Positions 18,929 through 28,595 of a DNA stretch of 64,000 nucleotides are shown piece by piece. The stretch spans positions 2,969-66,968 of the forward strand of contig DASYSC010000221.1 in assembly GCA_036003765.1 (NCBI GenBank), given 5' to 3'. The position numbers were made by a program, and so were the translations under genes. Origin of the DNA: Candidatus Limnocylindria bacterium. Lineage in GTDB: Bacteria > Chloroflexota > Limnocylindria > P2-11E. The notes beneath the pieces were generated by a model. It had not been told where the DNA came from, ran no database searches, and worked only from the letters and a program-made list of their open reading frames with translations. Position 1 is the first letter of the stretch; every line of letters starts with the position of its first letter.

Positions 18929-19597
18929 CTAGCCCAGCCGGTACCCCACTCCGCGCACGTTCGCGAGCGGGGGCGCGCCCGCGGCATCGAGCTTCGAGCG
19001 AAGGCGCGCCAGATGCGCCTTAAGCCACTCAGGATCCGGGTCGCGCTCCTCGGGCCAGCCCGCGCGAAGCAGCGCGCGGCGCTCGAGCACCTCGCCCGGT
19101 CGCGCGGCGAGCGCGGCGAGGAGACGGAACTCGGTCGGCGTGAGATCGAGCGCGGCACCGTCAACGCTTGCGACGTGCGTCTTCGGATCGACGTGCAGCC
19201 GCCCGATCGATGCGGCGCTTTGCGCGCGAGCCGCCGGACCCGCGCGGCGCAGCAGCGCGCGCACGCGCGAGGCGAGCTCCCTGCGGCTGAACGGCTTCTC
19301 GAGGTAATCGTCCGCGCCGTAATCGAGCAGCTTCGCGCGCTCGTCCGCGCCGCGCTCGCCGGTGAGCATGAGGATCGGCGTCTGCGCGGACGCGCGGATC
19401 CGTCTGCAGACCTCGTCGCCGGAGAGTCGCGGCAGCTTGCGGTCGAGGATCACGAGGTCGGGCGAGTCCTCGGCGTGACGGCGTAGCGCGGTCTCGCCGT
19501 CGTACGCAGTAACGATCTCGTAGCCCTCCTCGCCGAGCAGGGCCGCGACCATGCCAACGAACTGGCGATCGTCGTCGACGACGAGGATGTTGCTCAA
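18929..19597 (-). CDS. OmpR-family response regulator
   Basis: Receiver (VVDDD...D...LMLT...K) plus a winged-helix trans_reg_C domain (VGYRL). ATGA overlap with the upstream kinase. Confidence 0.9.
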   Translation of the reverse strand: MSNILVVDDDRQFVGMVAALLGEEGYEIVTAYDGETALRRHAEDSPDLVILDRKLPRLSGDEVCRRIRASAQTPILMLTGERGADERAKLLDYGADDYLEKPFSRRELASRVRALLRRAGPAARAQSAASIGRLHVDPKTHVASVDGAALDLTPTEFRLLAALAARPGEVLERRALLRAGWPEERDPDPEWLKAHLARLRSKLDAAGAPPLANVRGVGYRLG

Positions 19598-21246
19598 CGC
19601 GCGGCGGACGGCGTGCCCGCGCGGGCCAGAGGGAGGGTGAACGCGAACACCGCGCCGCCGCCGACCGCATCCTCGAGCCAGAGGTCACCGCCCTGACCCT
19701 CGACCACCCGGCGCGCGGCGAAGAGGCCGATCCCCGATCCCGGCACGTCGTCATGGGCGACGCCTCGCGCATACGGCTCGAAGATGCGCGCCCGGTCGGG
19801 CGGCGGGACTCCGGGCCCTTCGTCATGCACGCGCACGATCGCGCGGTCGTCGGCGCGCTCGATCCGCACGGCGATCCGCGTCCCCTCGGGCGCGTACTTC
19901 GTCGCATTGTGCACGAGGCCGGCGATGACCTCCGCGGTGCGGCGCTTGTCGCCGCGCACGAACAGCGGTTGACCGGCGCGCGGACCGGTGAGCTTGTGCC
20001 GCCGCGCCATCGGCGCCACTTCCTTGAGCGCCGCGGCGACGGTCGCGCGGAGGTCGAAACGCGCTCGGCGGAGCGAGAGCTCGGGCCGATCGGTGCGGAC
20101 GCCGGCAAGGATGCGATCGACCAGGTGGTCGAGCCGCTCGACCTGCGCCGTGGCTTCCGAGACCGGTAGCTTCATCTTTCCATTCTTGTCGGCGAGCAGA
20201 TCGAGGTAGCCGCGGATGACCGAGAGCGGTGTCCGCAAGTCATGCGTGACGACGGCGACGAAGTCGGCGCGCGCGCGTTCGAGCTCGCGCAGGCTCTCCG
20301 TGGTCTTGCGCTCGAGGGCATAAAGCGACGCCTTGTCGATCGCGAGCGCGGCCTGGTTCGCGAGCGCGCCGACGAAGCGGACTTCCTCCTCGGAGAACTC
20401 CTTGTAGTCCGGGACCTGCAGCACGACCGCGCCGAGGAGCCGGTCATTCGCGATGAGCGGCATCGCGATGTGATCGAACGCCACGATCGGCCGCCGTTCC
20501 GCGATGGCGCGATGCGCGGCTTGCGTCGCGCTGCGCTGCAGCTCGCCCGAGTGCGAGCGCTCACGGTCCTGACCCTCTTCGCGCAGGAGGATCGCCCCCG
20601 ACGCACCGGGATAGACGCGGACGAGGCGATCGACGATGAGCGAAAGCACCTCGTCGAGATCGAGCGTCGAGGTGAGGACGTTCGAGACCTCGAACAGCGC
20701 CGAGACCTCGCGGAGCTTGCGGTCGGATTCGCGCTGCAGACGGCCCTTCTCGATGATCCCCGCGACCTGGTTCGCGATCGTCTGCAGGAAGTCGATCTCC
20801 TCGCGCCCGAAATCGCGCGGCTCGACGGTCTGGACGTTCATGACGCCGATGACCTCGTCCCGCGCGACCACCGGGACCGAAAGCATCGAGACAAAGCGCT
20901 TCTCGTCGACTTCCGGGACCCACTTCCAGCGGGGCTCCGTGCGAACGTCGCGGGCCGCAAGTGGCACCCGCGCGTTCGCGACCCACCCCACGATCCCCTC
21001 GCCGAGCCGGAGCGCGGCGCGTCCGATGCCGCCGCGGTTCAGTCCGTTGGTGGCGACGAGCCTCAGCACGCCGTCGGGCTTCTCGAGGAGATACAGAGAT
21101 GACACCTCGGCGCCCATCGCATCGGTGGTGCGGCCGATCACGATGCGCAGCATCTCGTCCCAGTCGCGTGCGGATGCGGCGAGCTGGGTGACCTCGTGAA
21201 GGAACGAGAGCTCGCGAAGCTTTCGTTCCGCGTCGGATGCGGTCAT
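19594..21246 (-). CDS. Soluble sensor histidine kinase with tandem GAF domains
   Basis: No TM segment. Two GAF-like blocks, then HisKA (VTHDLRTPL) and HATPase_c (GxGIGL). Confidence 0.85.
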   Translation of the reverse strand: MTASDAERKLRELSFLHEVTQLAASARDWDEMLRIVIGRTTDAMGAEVSSLYLLEKPDGVLRLVATNGLNRGGIGRAALRLGEGIVGWVANARVPLAARDVRTEPRWKWVPEVDEKRFVSMLSVPVVARDEVIGVMNVQTVEPRDFGREEIDFLQTIANQVAGIIEKGRLQRESDRKLREVSALFEVSNVLTSTLDLDEVLSLIVDRLVRVYPGASGAILLREEGQDRERSHSGELQRSATQAAHRAIAERRPIVAFDHIAMPLIANDRLLGAVVLQVPDYKEFSEEEVRFVGALANQAALAIDKASLYALERKTTESLRELERARADFVAVVTHDLRTPLSVIRGYLDLLADKNGKMKLPVSEATAQVERLDHLVDRILAGVRTDRPELSLRRARFDLRATVAAALKEVAPMARRHKLTGPRAGQPLFVRGDKRRTAEVIAGLVHNATKYAPEGTRIAVRIERADDRAIVRVHDEGPGVPPPDRARIFEPYARGVAHDDVPGSGIGLFAARRVVEGQGGDLWLEDAVGGGAVFAFTLPLARAGTPSAAR

Positions 21247-21269
21247 CGGTGAATTCTAGATAGCGATTT

Positions 21270-21287
21270 GAGGGGCCTTGCCCCCTC
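21270..21287. promoter_or_regulatory. GC hairpin GAGGGGC-CTT-GCCCCCTC in the 62-bp divergent intergenic region between the kinase and ABC operons
   Basis: Seen in the sequence. Confidence 0.3.
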
Positions 21288-21308
21288 AGACCCCCATAGA
21301 CTTCTGAC

Positions 21309-22238
21309 ATGAAGACGGTGCTGCGCACCGACAAGCTCACCAAGCGATTTGGCGAGCTCGTCGCGGTGGATGGGATCGATCTCGAGGTGCGCGAGGGTGA
21401 AGTCTTCGGCTTCCTCGGACCCAACGGCGCCGGGAAGACCACGACGCTGCGACTGCTGTGCGCGCTGATCGGGCCGACCTCCGGAACCGCTGAAGTCGCG
21501 GGATTCCGGCTCGGCCGCGACGATCCAAAGATCCGCGCGAGCGTCGGCATCCTCACCGAGCAGCCCGGCCTCTACGAGCGCCAATCCGCCTGGGAAAACC
21601 TCGTCTTCTTCGCGACGCTATACGGCCTCTCGGCCTCGGAAGCCACCGCGCAGGCCGAGCGCTACCTCCGGCTCATGGGCCTCTGGGACCGCCGGAAGGA
21701 GCCGGTCGCCACCTTCTCGCGCGGTATGAAGCAAAAGATGGCGATCGCGCGCGCGGCGCTGCACGAGCCAAGAATCCTTTTTCTGGACGAGCCGACCACC
21801 GGCCTCGACCCCGATGCCGCGAAGACCGTCCGCGAATTCATCGTGCAGCTCCGCGGACAGGGCCGGACGGTCTTCCTGTGCACCCACAACCTCGACGAGG
21901 CCGATCGCCTCTGCGACCGCATCGCGTTCTTCCGCCACAAGGTCATCCGTATCGCGAATCCCGACGAGCTGCGTGCGGAGCTCTACGGTCGCGCGACCGA
22001 GATCCGCCTCATGCCGGCACCGCGGCCCGAGGACCTGGCGCGCGTGAGGGCCGTGCCCGGCGTGCGCGAGGCTCGCTCCGAGAACGGCTCGATCATCGTC
22101 GCGTCGGCCGATCCGCTGCACACGAATCCACTGCTGATCCGCGCGCTCGTCGAAGGTGGGGCGCAGATCGCGTTCGTCACCGAACGGAAGGCGCACCTCG
22201 AGGATGTGTATCTGCGGATCGTGGAGCCGATCGAATGA
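21309..22238 (+). CDS. ABC transporter ATP-binding protein (ABC-2/DrrA-like exporter subfamily)
   Basis: GPNGAGKTT Walker A, LSGGMKQK signature, FLDEPTTGLD Walker B. Confidence 0.9.
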   Translation: MKTVLRTDKLTKRFGELVAVDGIDLEVREGEVFGFLGPNGAGKTTTLRLLCALIGPTSGTAEVAGFRLGRDDPKIRASVGILTEQPGLYERQSAWENLVFFATLYGLSASEATAQAERYLRLMGLWDRRKEPVATFSRGMKQKMAIARAALHEPRILFLDEPTTGLDPDAAKTVREFIVQLRGQGRTVFLCTHNLDEADRLCDRIAFFRHKVIRIANPDELRAELYGRATEIRLMPAPRPEDLARVRAVPGVREARSENGSIIVASADPLHTNPLLIRALVEGGAQIAFVTERKAHLEDVYLRIVEPIE

Positions 22239-23050
22239 CCGCGATCCTCGCCGCGAGCCCGGCGCGGCCGACGCTCGTGCGTGCGGTCTGCGTGCGCGAG
22301 TGGCGCGAGGCGCTCAGCAACAAGCTGCTCGTTGGCATGACGCTCCTTCCGCCGGTCGTGATCCTCTTGACCGGGCTGCTCGCGGTGGCAGCCGCCGCGA
22401 TCAACCCGCCGAGCGAGCGCGACGTGCAGGCGCTCTACGCTGCCGCGCCGGCGGCGGCAGGGCTCGACCCGAAGGAGGCGGTGCAGGGATTCATCGCGAC
22501 GTACTTCCTCATCCTGTTCATGCTCATCCCCACCGTCGTGCCACTCACGATGGCCATCTATTCGGTCATCGGCGAGAAGAGCTCGCGCACGCTTGAGCCG
22601 CTCCTCGCGACGCCGGTCGGCGTCGGCGATCTGCTGTTCGCGAAGAGCCTCGCCTCGACCGTGCCGAGCGTCCTCGTCACCTGGATCGCCTACGGGATCT
22701 ACCTCGCGTCGGTCATCGCGCTCGGTTCGCGAGCCGCGGCGAACGCGGTGACCGCACCGCGCTGGATCCTGGCGATCGTCGTGATGGTCCCGCTGCTCAC
22801 CCTGCTCTCGGTGAACCTCGGGATCCTCATCTCTACGCGCGTGAACGACGTGCGCGTCGCTCAGCAGATCGGCGGGCTTGTGGTCGTGCCGGTCGTGGCG
22901 CTCGGGATCGCGCAGGTGACCGGTCGCGTGGTGCTTGACAACGGAGCGTTCCTACAGATGTCTGCCTTCCTGATCGTGGTCGACGTCGCGGTCTTCTGGC
23001 TGGCGAAGGTCGCGTTCCAGCGCGAGAACATACTCGTGCGCTGGAGGTGA
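22235..23050 (+). CDS. ABC-2 family transporter permease
   Basis: ATGA overlap with the ATPase; six predicted TM helices with an ABC-2 membrane-domain pattern. Confidence 0.8.
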   Translation: MTAILAASPARPTLVRAVCVREWREALSNKLLVGMTLLPPVVILLTGLLAVAAAAINPPSERDVQALYAAAPAAAGLDPKEAVQGFIATYFLILFMLIPTVVPLTMAIYSVIGEKSSRTLEPLLATPVGVGDLLFAKSLASTVPSVLVTWIAYGIYLASVIALGSRAAANAVTAPRWILAIVVMVPLLTLLSVNLGILISTRVNDVRVAQQIGGLVVVPVVALGIAQVTGRVVLDNGAFLQMSAFLIVVDVAVFWLAKVAFQRENILVRWR

Positions 23051-23328
23051 GCACGATGGCCGAGTACAGGTGTTCCTTCTGCGGCAAACGCCAGGATCAG
23101 GTCCGGAAGCTCATCGCCGGCGGGGGCCGACCCGGCACGTTCATCTGCGACGAGTGCATTCGGCTCTGCAACGAGATCCTCGACGAAGACGGAATACCGC
23201 CGAGGCCCGCGACAGAGCCCTCAAAGCCCCGCCGGCGCTGGCCCTGGCAGCTCGCTCGCGGCATCGCGCGGACGCTGACCACCGTCGGCGGCAAGCCTTC
23301 CGTGGAGTCCTGGCAGCCGCCGCGCTGA
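23047..23328 (+). CDS. Stand-alone ClpX-type C4 zinc-finger (ZBD) domain protein (start GTG 23047 or ATG 23056)
   Basis: [39 protein letters not shown] is near-identical in pattern to the ClpX N-terminal zinc-binding domain (CSFCGK...ICDEC..LC). There is no AAA domain. It is coupled to the permease stop (GTGA). Confidence 0.7.
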   Translation: MSTMAEYRCSFCGKRQDQVRKLIAGGGRPGTFICDECIRLCNEILDEDGIPPRPATEPSKPRRRWPWQLARGIARTLTTVGGKPSVESWQPPR

Positions 23329-23334
23329 CGAGTG

Positions 23335-25014
23335 CTAGCGCGCGGGCGACGGACTCGGGGACTTGCCGCGCAGCGGCAAGGTGATCGGTAGCGACGGCTT
23401 CGGGATCGTGATCGTCGGGAACTCAAACCGCGGCGAGGGCGTCGGGGTCGCCCGGCTTTGCGACGTCGGAACGGCGCGGCCGCCTTCGTCGTCCGGGTAT
23501 GTCCGCGGCCCTGCGATCTCGACGGTCGTGCTGACGGGCTCGCTCACCGCGACGCTTCCGTCCGTCAGCTCGTAGACGAGGCGATAGGTACCGAGCACAT
23601 TCGGCGCGAGGAACGAGGCGAAGAACGTCCCATTCGCGCCAGCCTTGAGTGTCCCGACTGCGCTCGACCCCTGCTGGATCGTGCGGTTCGTGCGCGGGTC
23701 GATGACGCGCCAACTGATTGAGAGCGGCCGGTCGGTCGAGCCGCCGACCGCGGCGTAGCTCACGACCAGCAGCGACGCCTCGTTGCGATGCAGCTGGTGC
23801 GGCATGCCGATCTGCGCCGTGACGAGATACGGCTGATGCGCGCGCATCGTGAACGTCGCGGTGGCCGCGCCCGCCGATGCGAGCGCGTTGCCGCTCGCGT
23901 CGGTGAGCCCGATGGTGACGGTGTACGTCCCGGGCTGCTTGGGGATTGACACATCGATGCTGATGTTCTGCGTCTGTTGCGGCTGGAGCGCGGGCAGCGT
24001 CTGGGGGCGCGGCGAGCTCGTCACTAGCTGGCTCTGGTTGTTGCGGAGCTCCCAGATGAGACCCACCGATCCCGGGCCGCTCGCGGTCCACCCCCGGGTG
24101 CCAATGTTCGTGATCGGCACGATGACGCGCGACTGGGTGCCGACATCAACCGCGATCGCGCCCTTCGCCACCTGGTAGCGCGCGTTCGCGGACGGCTCGA
24201 GGATCGCGCTGTACACGGACGCGCCCACCGACGAGATGAAGTTGTCTGCGTCCTCGTCGAGCGCGTCCCAGGTCATCGCGACGACGACGCGCGGGCCGCT
24301 CTTGGTGTAGATGATCCCGGCGTCGTGCGTGACGCCGGCGAGATTGCCGGTCTTGTGCGCGACGACGACGCCGCTGGGCAGCTGCGCGGGAAGGCGGTTG
24401 TTGATCTGCTGCCGCTGGAGACGGGCGAGCATGCGGTCCGACGCCGCGGCCGAGATGAGCTGGCGCTTCGCGAGGAGCGTGAAGAACATTCCGACCGCGC
24501 GCGGGGTCGCCCAATGGTCCTCGGTCTGGTCAAACGCGATGTGAAAGTCGGCGATCCCGGACTTCTGGAGCGTCGCATCGATGTTCGCGCCGCCCAGGAT
24601 GTGCCAGAGGGCGAGCGCCGAGCCGTTGTCGGAGATCGTGATCATGGCCTCGAGCGCCTCGTCCAGCGTGAGACGCGTGCCTGCCTCCTCGAACGAGCCA
24701 TCGGAGGTGATGTCCTCCGGCTCGATCATGACCGGATCGCTGTAGTGGAAGTCGCCGGAATCGACGCGACGCTCGGCCTCGGCGAGCACGCCGAGCTTGT
24801 ACAGCGACGCCGCGATCACCTGCTCCTCGGGGTCGTGCGTGAAAAGCGGCGTCGGAACATTCGGGTCGCCGACCCAGACCCCGGCGCCGCCTGGGAAGGA
24901 CGCGACCAGACTCTCGAGCTGCCGGATCAGATCGGCCGTGCTGGCCTGGGCGCGCGCGGGCGCGATGACACCGAGGACGAGGCAGACCGCGAGCCCAAAG
25001 CCGACCCCGCGCAT
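23335..25014 (-). CDS. Secreted class-A beta-lactamase-like (transpeptidase-fold) domain protein with about 300 aa of C-terminal Ig-like/beta-rich repeats and a Pro/Ser-rich tail
   Basis: Signal peptide MRGVGFGLAVCLVLGVIAPARAQA, then SLYK (SxxK), SDN and KTG motifs. The C-terminal region is beta-strand-rich. The upstream in-frame M at 25080 is unlikely. Confidence 0.65.
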   Translation of the reverse strand: MRGVGFGLAVCLVLGVIAPARAQASTADLIRQLESLVASFPGGAGVWVGDPNVPTPLFTHDPEEQVIAASLYKLGVLAEAERRVDSGDFHYSDPVMIEPEDITSDGSFEEAGTRLTLDEALEAMITISDNGSALALWHILGGANIDATLQKSGIADFHIAFDQTEDHWATPRAVGMFFTLLAKRQLISAAASDRMLARLQRQQINNRLPAQLPSGVVVAHKTGNLAGVTHDAGIIYTKSGPRVVVAMTWDALDEDADNFISSVGASVYSAILEPSANARYQVAKGAIAVDVGTQSRVIVPITNIGTRGWTASGPGSVGLIWELRNNQSQLVTSSPRPQTLPALQPQQTQNISIDVSIPKQPGTYTVTIGLTDASGNALASAGAATATFTMRAHQPYLVTAQIGMPHQLHRNEASLLVVSYAAVGGSTDRPLSISWRVIDPRTNRTIQQGSSAVGTLKAGANGTFFASFLAPNVLGTYRLVYELTDGSVAVSEPVSTTVEIAGPRTYPDDEGGRAVPTSQSRATPTPSPRFEFPTITIPKPSLPITLPLRGKSPSPSPAR

Positions 25015-25048
25015 CCAGCACAGGTAACGGCATTTTGGACGCCGTGTT

Positions 25049-25510
25049 TCAGCGCTTAACCGAGTTTTGACGCGTCGCATCGTGCCCCAGCCGGAGCATC
25101 TCGCGGTAGCCAGCCGGTGTCTCGTCCTCGTAGCCCACCAGATGCAAGGCGCCGTGCGCGGCCAGGAAGGCGATCTCCGACTCGAGGGGCCGCCGGCGCC
25201 GCCCAGCCTGCCGCCGGGCCTGGGCCGGGCTGATCACGATGTCGCCCACGCGAAGCACCCCGTCGGGATCATCTTTCAGGTGCGGCCTTGCCCCGGCGCC
25301 GCGGACCCCGCGCGGCAGGCGCTGGCCGAAGGAGAGCACGTCCGTCGTGCGGTCGATGCGCCGGTGCCGGCGGTTGAGCTCCCGCATTCGGGCGTCGTCG
25401 ACGAAGGCGAGGGCCACCTCGCTCTCGCGCGGGAGCCGCAACGGACCGAGCGCGGCACGAACGGCTCGGCGGACCGGGGCGAGGTCACAGGGCGCCTCGC
25501 CGGCGACGGC
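25049..25510 (-). CDS. ybeY: Endoribonuclease YbeY (rRNA maturation); start approximate (GTG)
   Basis: TDVLSF, GDIVIS and HGALHLVGYEDE (H-x3-H-x5-H zinc site) are present. Confidence 0.85.
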   Translation of the reverse strand, partial: AVAGEAPCDLAPVRRAVRAALGPLRLPRESEVALAFVDDARMRELNRRHRRIDRTTDVLSFGQRLPRGVRGAGARPHLKDDPDGVLRVGDIVISPAQARRQAGRRRRPLESEIAFLAAHGALHLVGYEDETPAGYREMLRLGHDATRQNSVKR

Positions 25511-25527
25511 GATGCGCACCGCGTTAC

Positions 25528-27627
25528 TTAGCCGCTCGCCGCGGGCTTGATGCGGGTGATGCGGTCCTCGGGGTACGGGATGCGCTCGTGGTACACGCCG
25601 AGGAGCAGCTCGCAGAAGGCGTCCTTGATCTTCTGCACGTCGCGGAAGGTCAAGTCGCATTCGTCGAGCTGCCCGTCCGCGACGCGCTCGTCGATGATCC
25701 GCTCGACCATGCCGCGGATCGTCTCGGGGTTCTTCTCGGAGAGCGATCGCACCGACGCCTCGGTCCCATCGGCGAGCATCACGATCCCGGCCTCCCTGCT
25801 CCGCGGGCGCGGACCGGGATAGCGGTAGGAGCCCTCATCCGGGGCCTGGCCACGCTGCTGCGCGATCTGGAAGAAGTACTTCACGACGCTCGTGCCGTGG
25901 TGGCCAGGAATCATCTCGCGGATCTGTGCCGGAAGGCTGTAGCGATCGGCGAGCGCGAGCCCGTCCTTGATGTGCGCCGCGACGATCCCCGCTGATACGA
26001 GTGGGTCGAGCTCGTCGTGCGGGTTGCCGCCAGTTTGGTTCTCGATGAACGCGGTCGGGTTCCGCATCTTTCCGATGTCGTGGTAGTACGCGCCGACACG
26101 CGCCACGAGGGGGTCCGCACCGATGACCTCCGCGGCGCGCTCGGCGAGGTTCCCGACGAGCAGCGAGTGGTGGTAGGTGCCGGGCGTGCGTAGCAGGAGC
26201 TGACGGAGCAGCGGATGGTTCGGGTCGATGAGCTCACGAAGCTCGAAGACCGTGGGAATCCGGAAGACATGGCCGAGGATCGCCATGCCGGCGAAGGCGA
26301 GGAGGCCCGAGCCGAGACCGCTCACGAGTGCGCCGCCGAGAAGCTGCGCGATGCCGAGCGGGTCCGCCGCGCGACCGACGAGAACGAAGGCGAGGATGAC
26401 GCCCACGGCGCCCGCGGCGACGGCGAGGGCGCCGGCGGCGAACTCGCGCGCGGTCGTCGCGCGGTGGACCGCGGCCATGCCGAGGAGCGCCGGCACGAGC
26501 ACGTAGGCTACGAGCTCGACCTGGCTGGACATGATCCCGACGTGCAGCGCGCCCGCGATCTGCGTCGCGAGCGCCGTCCGGCCGCCGACCAGGACGGTGA
26601 GCATCATCGCGATCGCCGCGAACGGTGCGTAGTAGACGGCCACGGTATGGGTCGGGACGAGCGTGCGCCCCGCGGCGGTCAGCGCGAGGAGCGATAGGAC
26701 GACGAGGATCATCTTTCGATCGTCGAGCCATGCGTCGGTCGCGTAGCGCTCGATGAACAGGGCGAGGACGCCGGCGATGAGGGCCGCCCAGAGGAGCAGC
26801 CCGATCGCGCCGCGCCAGTCCGTTCCTTCGTTGGCGAGGCCGAGGGCCCGGAGCTTTTCCACCTCGAGCTTGGTGACCACCTCGTCTGTCCGCACGATGG
26901 CCTCGCCCGCGGTCACCTGGACCTGCACCGGCGTCACGGCGTTGCGCGCGTCCTGCTGCGCGAGGTTCGTCGCGAGCTGGTCCACTTTTGCGTTTGCGTC
27001 GAGGTTCTGCTTCAGGATCTCAGCGCCGGCGCGCTTCTGCCGATCGGTCCATCCGGAGGGCAGCGCTTTCACCGCGTCGGCCTTCACGGCATCGACTTGC
27101 TCGGCCCGGATGCCTTGCGCGTACAACGTACGGAGAGCGCTGTCCAGTGCGGACGCCACCTGGTCCCACTCCGGCTGCGTCATGTCGACGATGTCCGTGG
27201 CGATCGCGGGCGTCAGGGCGACATCCGGCAGGCGCGTGATCGCGGTGATCTTCTGGTCGCGCGTCAGCGCGGGCTCGATGCGGATCCGCCCGATCGCGGC
27301 CACCGAGCCCTGGAGCCGCGTGCTCGCGTTGACGACGATCGCGGGATCCGTCGCGTACTGCTTCTGCACCGCCGCGGCGGCCCGCTCGCGCTCGGCGTCG
27401 GTGAGCGACTCCGAGACGAAGGAGACGCTCCGTGGCGCGCGGATCGCGCCCTTGGCGACCTCGCCAGCGCTGTATGTCACCGTGGCGGGCGGCGCGAGCA
27501 GCAGCGCGATCGCTGTGAGCACGCCGGCGATGACCACGAAGGCACCGGCGCGAGCGCGCGGGTCGGTGCGCACCGCCGTGCGCAGGCGCGCAAGGCGCGG
27601 GTCCCCCGCCCTGAGCCGACGAATCAC
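25528..27627 (-). CDS. pgpH: 7TM-receptor HD-GYP/HDIG membrane phosphohydrolase (PgpH/YqfF-like, c-di-AMP phosphodiesterase family)
   Basis: Signal-anchor plus a long extracellular region, then a 7TM block and a C-terminal HD domain (YHHSLLVGNLAERAAE...YYHDIGK). Conserved phoH-pgpH-ybeY order. Confidence 0.8.
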   Translation of the reverse strand: MIRRLRAGDPRLARLRTAVRTDPRARAGAFVVIAGVLTAIALLLAPPATVTYSAGEVAKGAIRAPRSVSFVSESLTDAERERAAAAVQKQYATDPAIVVNASTRLQGSVAAIGRIRIEPALTRDQKITAITRLPDVALTPAIATDIVDMTQPEWDQVASALDSALRTLYAQGIRAEQVDAVKADAVKALPSGWTDRQKRAGAEILKQNLDANAKVDQLATNLAQQDARNAVTPVQVQVTAGEAIVRTDEVVTKLEVEKLRALGLANEGTDWRGAIGLLLWAALIAGVLALFIERYATDAWLDDRKMILVVLSLLALTAAGRTLVPTHTVAVYYAPFAAIAMMLTVLVGGRTALATQIAGALHVGIMSSQVELVAYVLVPALLGMAAVHRATTAREFAAGALAVAAGAVGVILAFVLVGRAADPLGIAQLLGGALVSGLGSGLLAFAGMAILGHVFRIPTVFELRELIDPNHPLLRQLLLRTPGTYHHSLLVGNLAERAAEVIGADPLVARVGAYYHDIGKMRNPTAFIENQTGGNPHDELDPLVSAGIVAAHIKDGLALADRYSLPAQIREMIPGHHGTSVVKYFFQIAQQRGQAPDEGSYRYPGPRPRSREAGIVMLADGTEASVRSLSEKNPETIRGMVERIIDERVADGQLDECDLTFRDVQKIKDAFCELLLGVYHERIPYPEDRITRIKPAASG

Positions 27628-28595
27628 TTCTGAGCGCCGCCCTTCTCGAAGCGATCGTACGCCCGGACGATGCGGGCGACGAGCTCGTGGCGTACCACGT
27701 CGCGGTCATCAAAGTCGACCATCGCGATTCCCTCGACGCCCTCGAGGATCTCGCGTGCGAGCACCATCCCGCTGCGGTCGCCGGCGAGGTCGATCTGCGT
27801 CACGTCGCCGGTGACGACGGCCTGCGATCCGAAACCGAGCCGAGTAAGGAACATCTTCATCTGCTGGGGCGTGGTGTTCTGCGCCTCGTCCAGGATGATG
27901 AAGGCCTCGTTAAGGGTCCTACCACGCATGAAGGCCAGCGGCGCGACCTCGATCTCGCCGCGCTCCTGCGCGCGCGCGAAGCGCTCCGGTGGCATCAGCT
28001 CGTAGAGCGCGTCGTAGAGCGGACGAAGGTACGGGTCGATCTTCTCCGTGAGGTCGCCGGGCAGGAATCCCAGGCGCTCCCCCGCCTCCACCGCCGGCCG
28101 CGTGAGGATCAGCCGGCTCACCTTTCTGTCGCGCAGGGCAGCAACGCCCATCGCGACCGCCAAATAGCTTTTTCCCGTGCCGGCAGGACCCTTCGCGAAC
28201 ACGAGGTCGTATTTGCGGATCGCCTCGATGTAACGGCGCTGGTTCTCCGACTGCGGGGCGATCCGCTTCCCGCGCACGGTCGTGGCCACGACGTCGCGCA
28301 TCTCCGCGGGAGCGACGACCGGCGCCTCCTTCGCGTCGCCGATCAGCCGCTCCAGAGCGGGCTTGCGCAGGGACTGATCGCGGTCTGACAGCGTACGCAT
28401 TGCGCCCACGAGATCACCGACGCGCGCGACGGCCTGGGCATCGCCGCTGATGCGGAGCTCCGCGCCGCGCGAGACGATCTTCACGCCGAACTCGCGCTCG
28501 AGCCGGTCGATGTTCGTTTCGTTGTCGCCGGTGACGAACATCATCTCGTCCGGGTCTGGGATCAAAATGGTGATCTGTGAGGGCGCCGCGGTCAT
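27624..28595 (-). CDS. phoH: PhoH-like ATPase (YbeZ)
   Basis: GPAGTGKSYLAV Walker A; PhoH family pattern. Confidence 0.9.
   Translation of the reverse strand: MTAAPSQITILIPDPDEMMFVTGDNETNIDRLEREFGVKIVSRGAELRISGDAQAVARVGDLVGAMRTLSDRDQSLRKPALERLIGDAKEAPVVAPAEMRDVVATTVRGKRIAPQSENQRRYIEAIRKYDLVFAKGPAGTGKSYLAVAMGVAALRDRKVSRLILTRPAVEAGERLGFLPGDLTEKIDPYLRPLYDALYELMPPERFARAQERGEIEVAPLAFMRGRTLNEAFIILDEAQNTTPQQMKMFLTRLGFGSQAVVTGDVTQIDLAGDRSGMVLAREILEGVEGIAMVDFDDRDVVRHELVARIVRAYDRFEKGGAQK

Noticed and set aside
19161-20108. 315-aa minus-strand ORF overlapping the response regulator and kinase in another frame
   Set aside because: The RR and HK frames have clear domain motifs. The alternative frame is Arg/Ser/Pro-rich.
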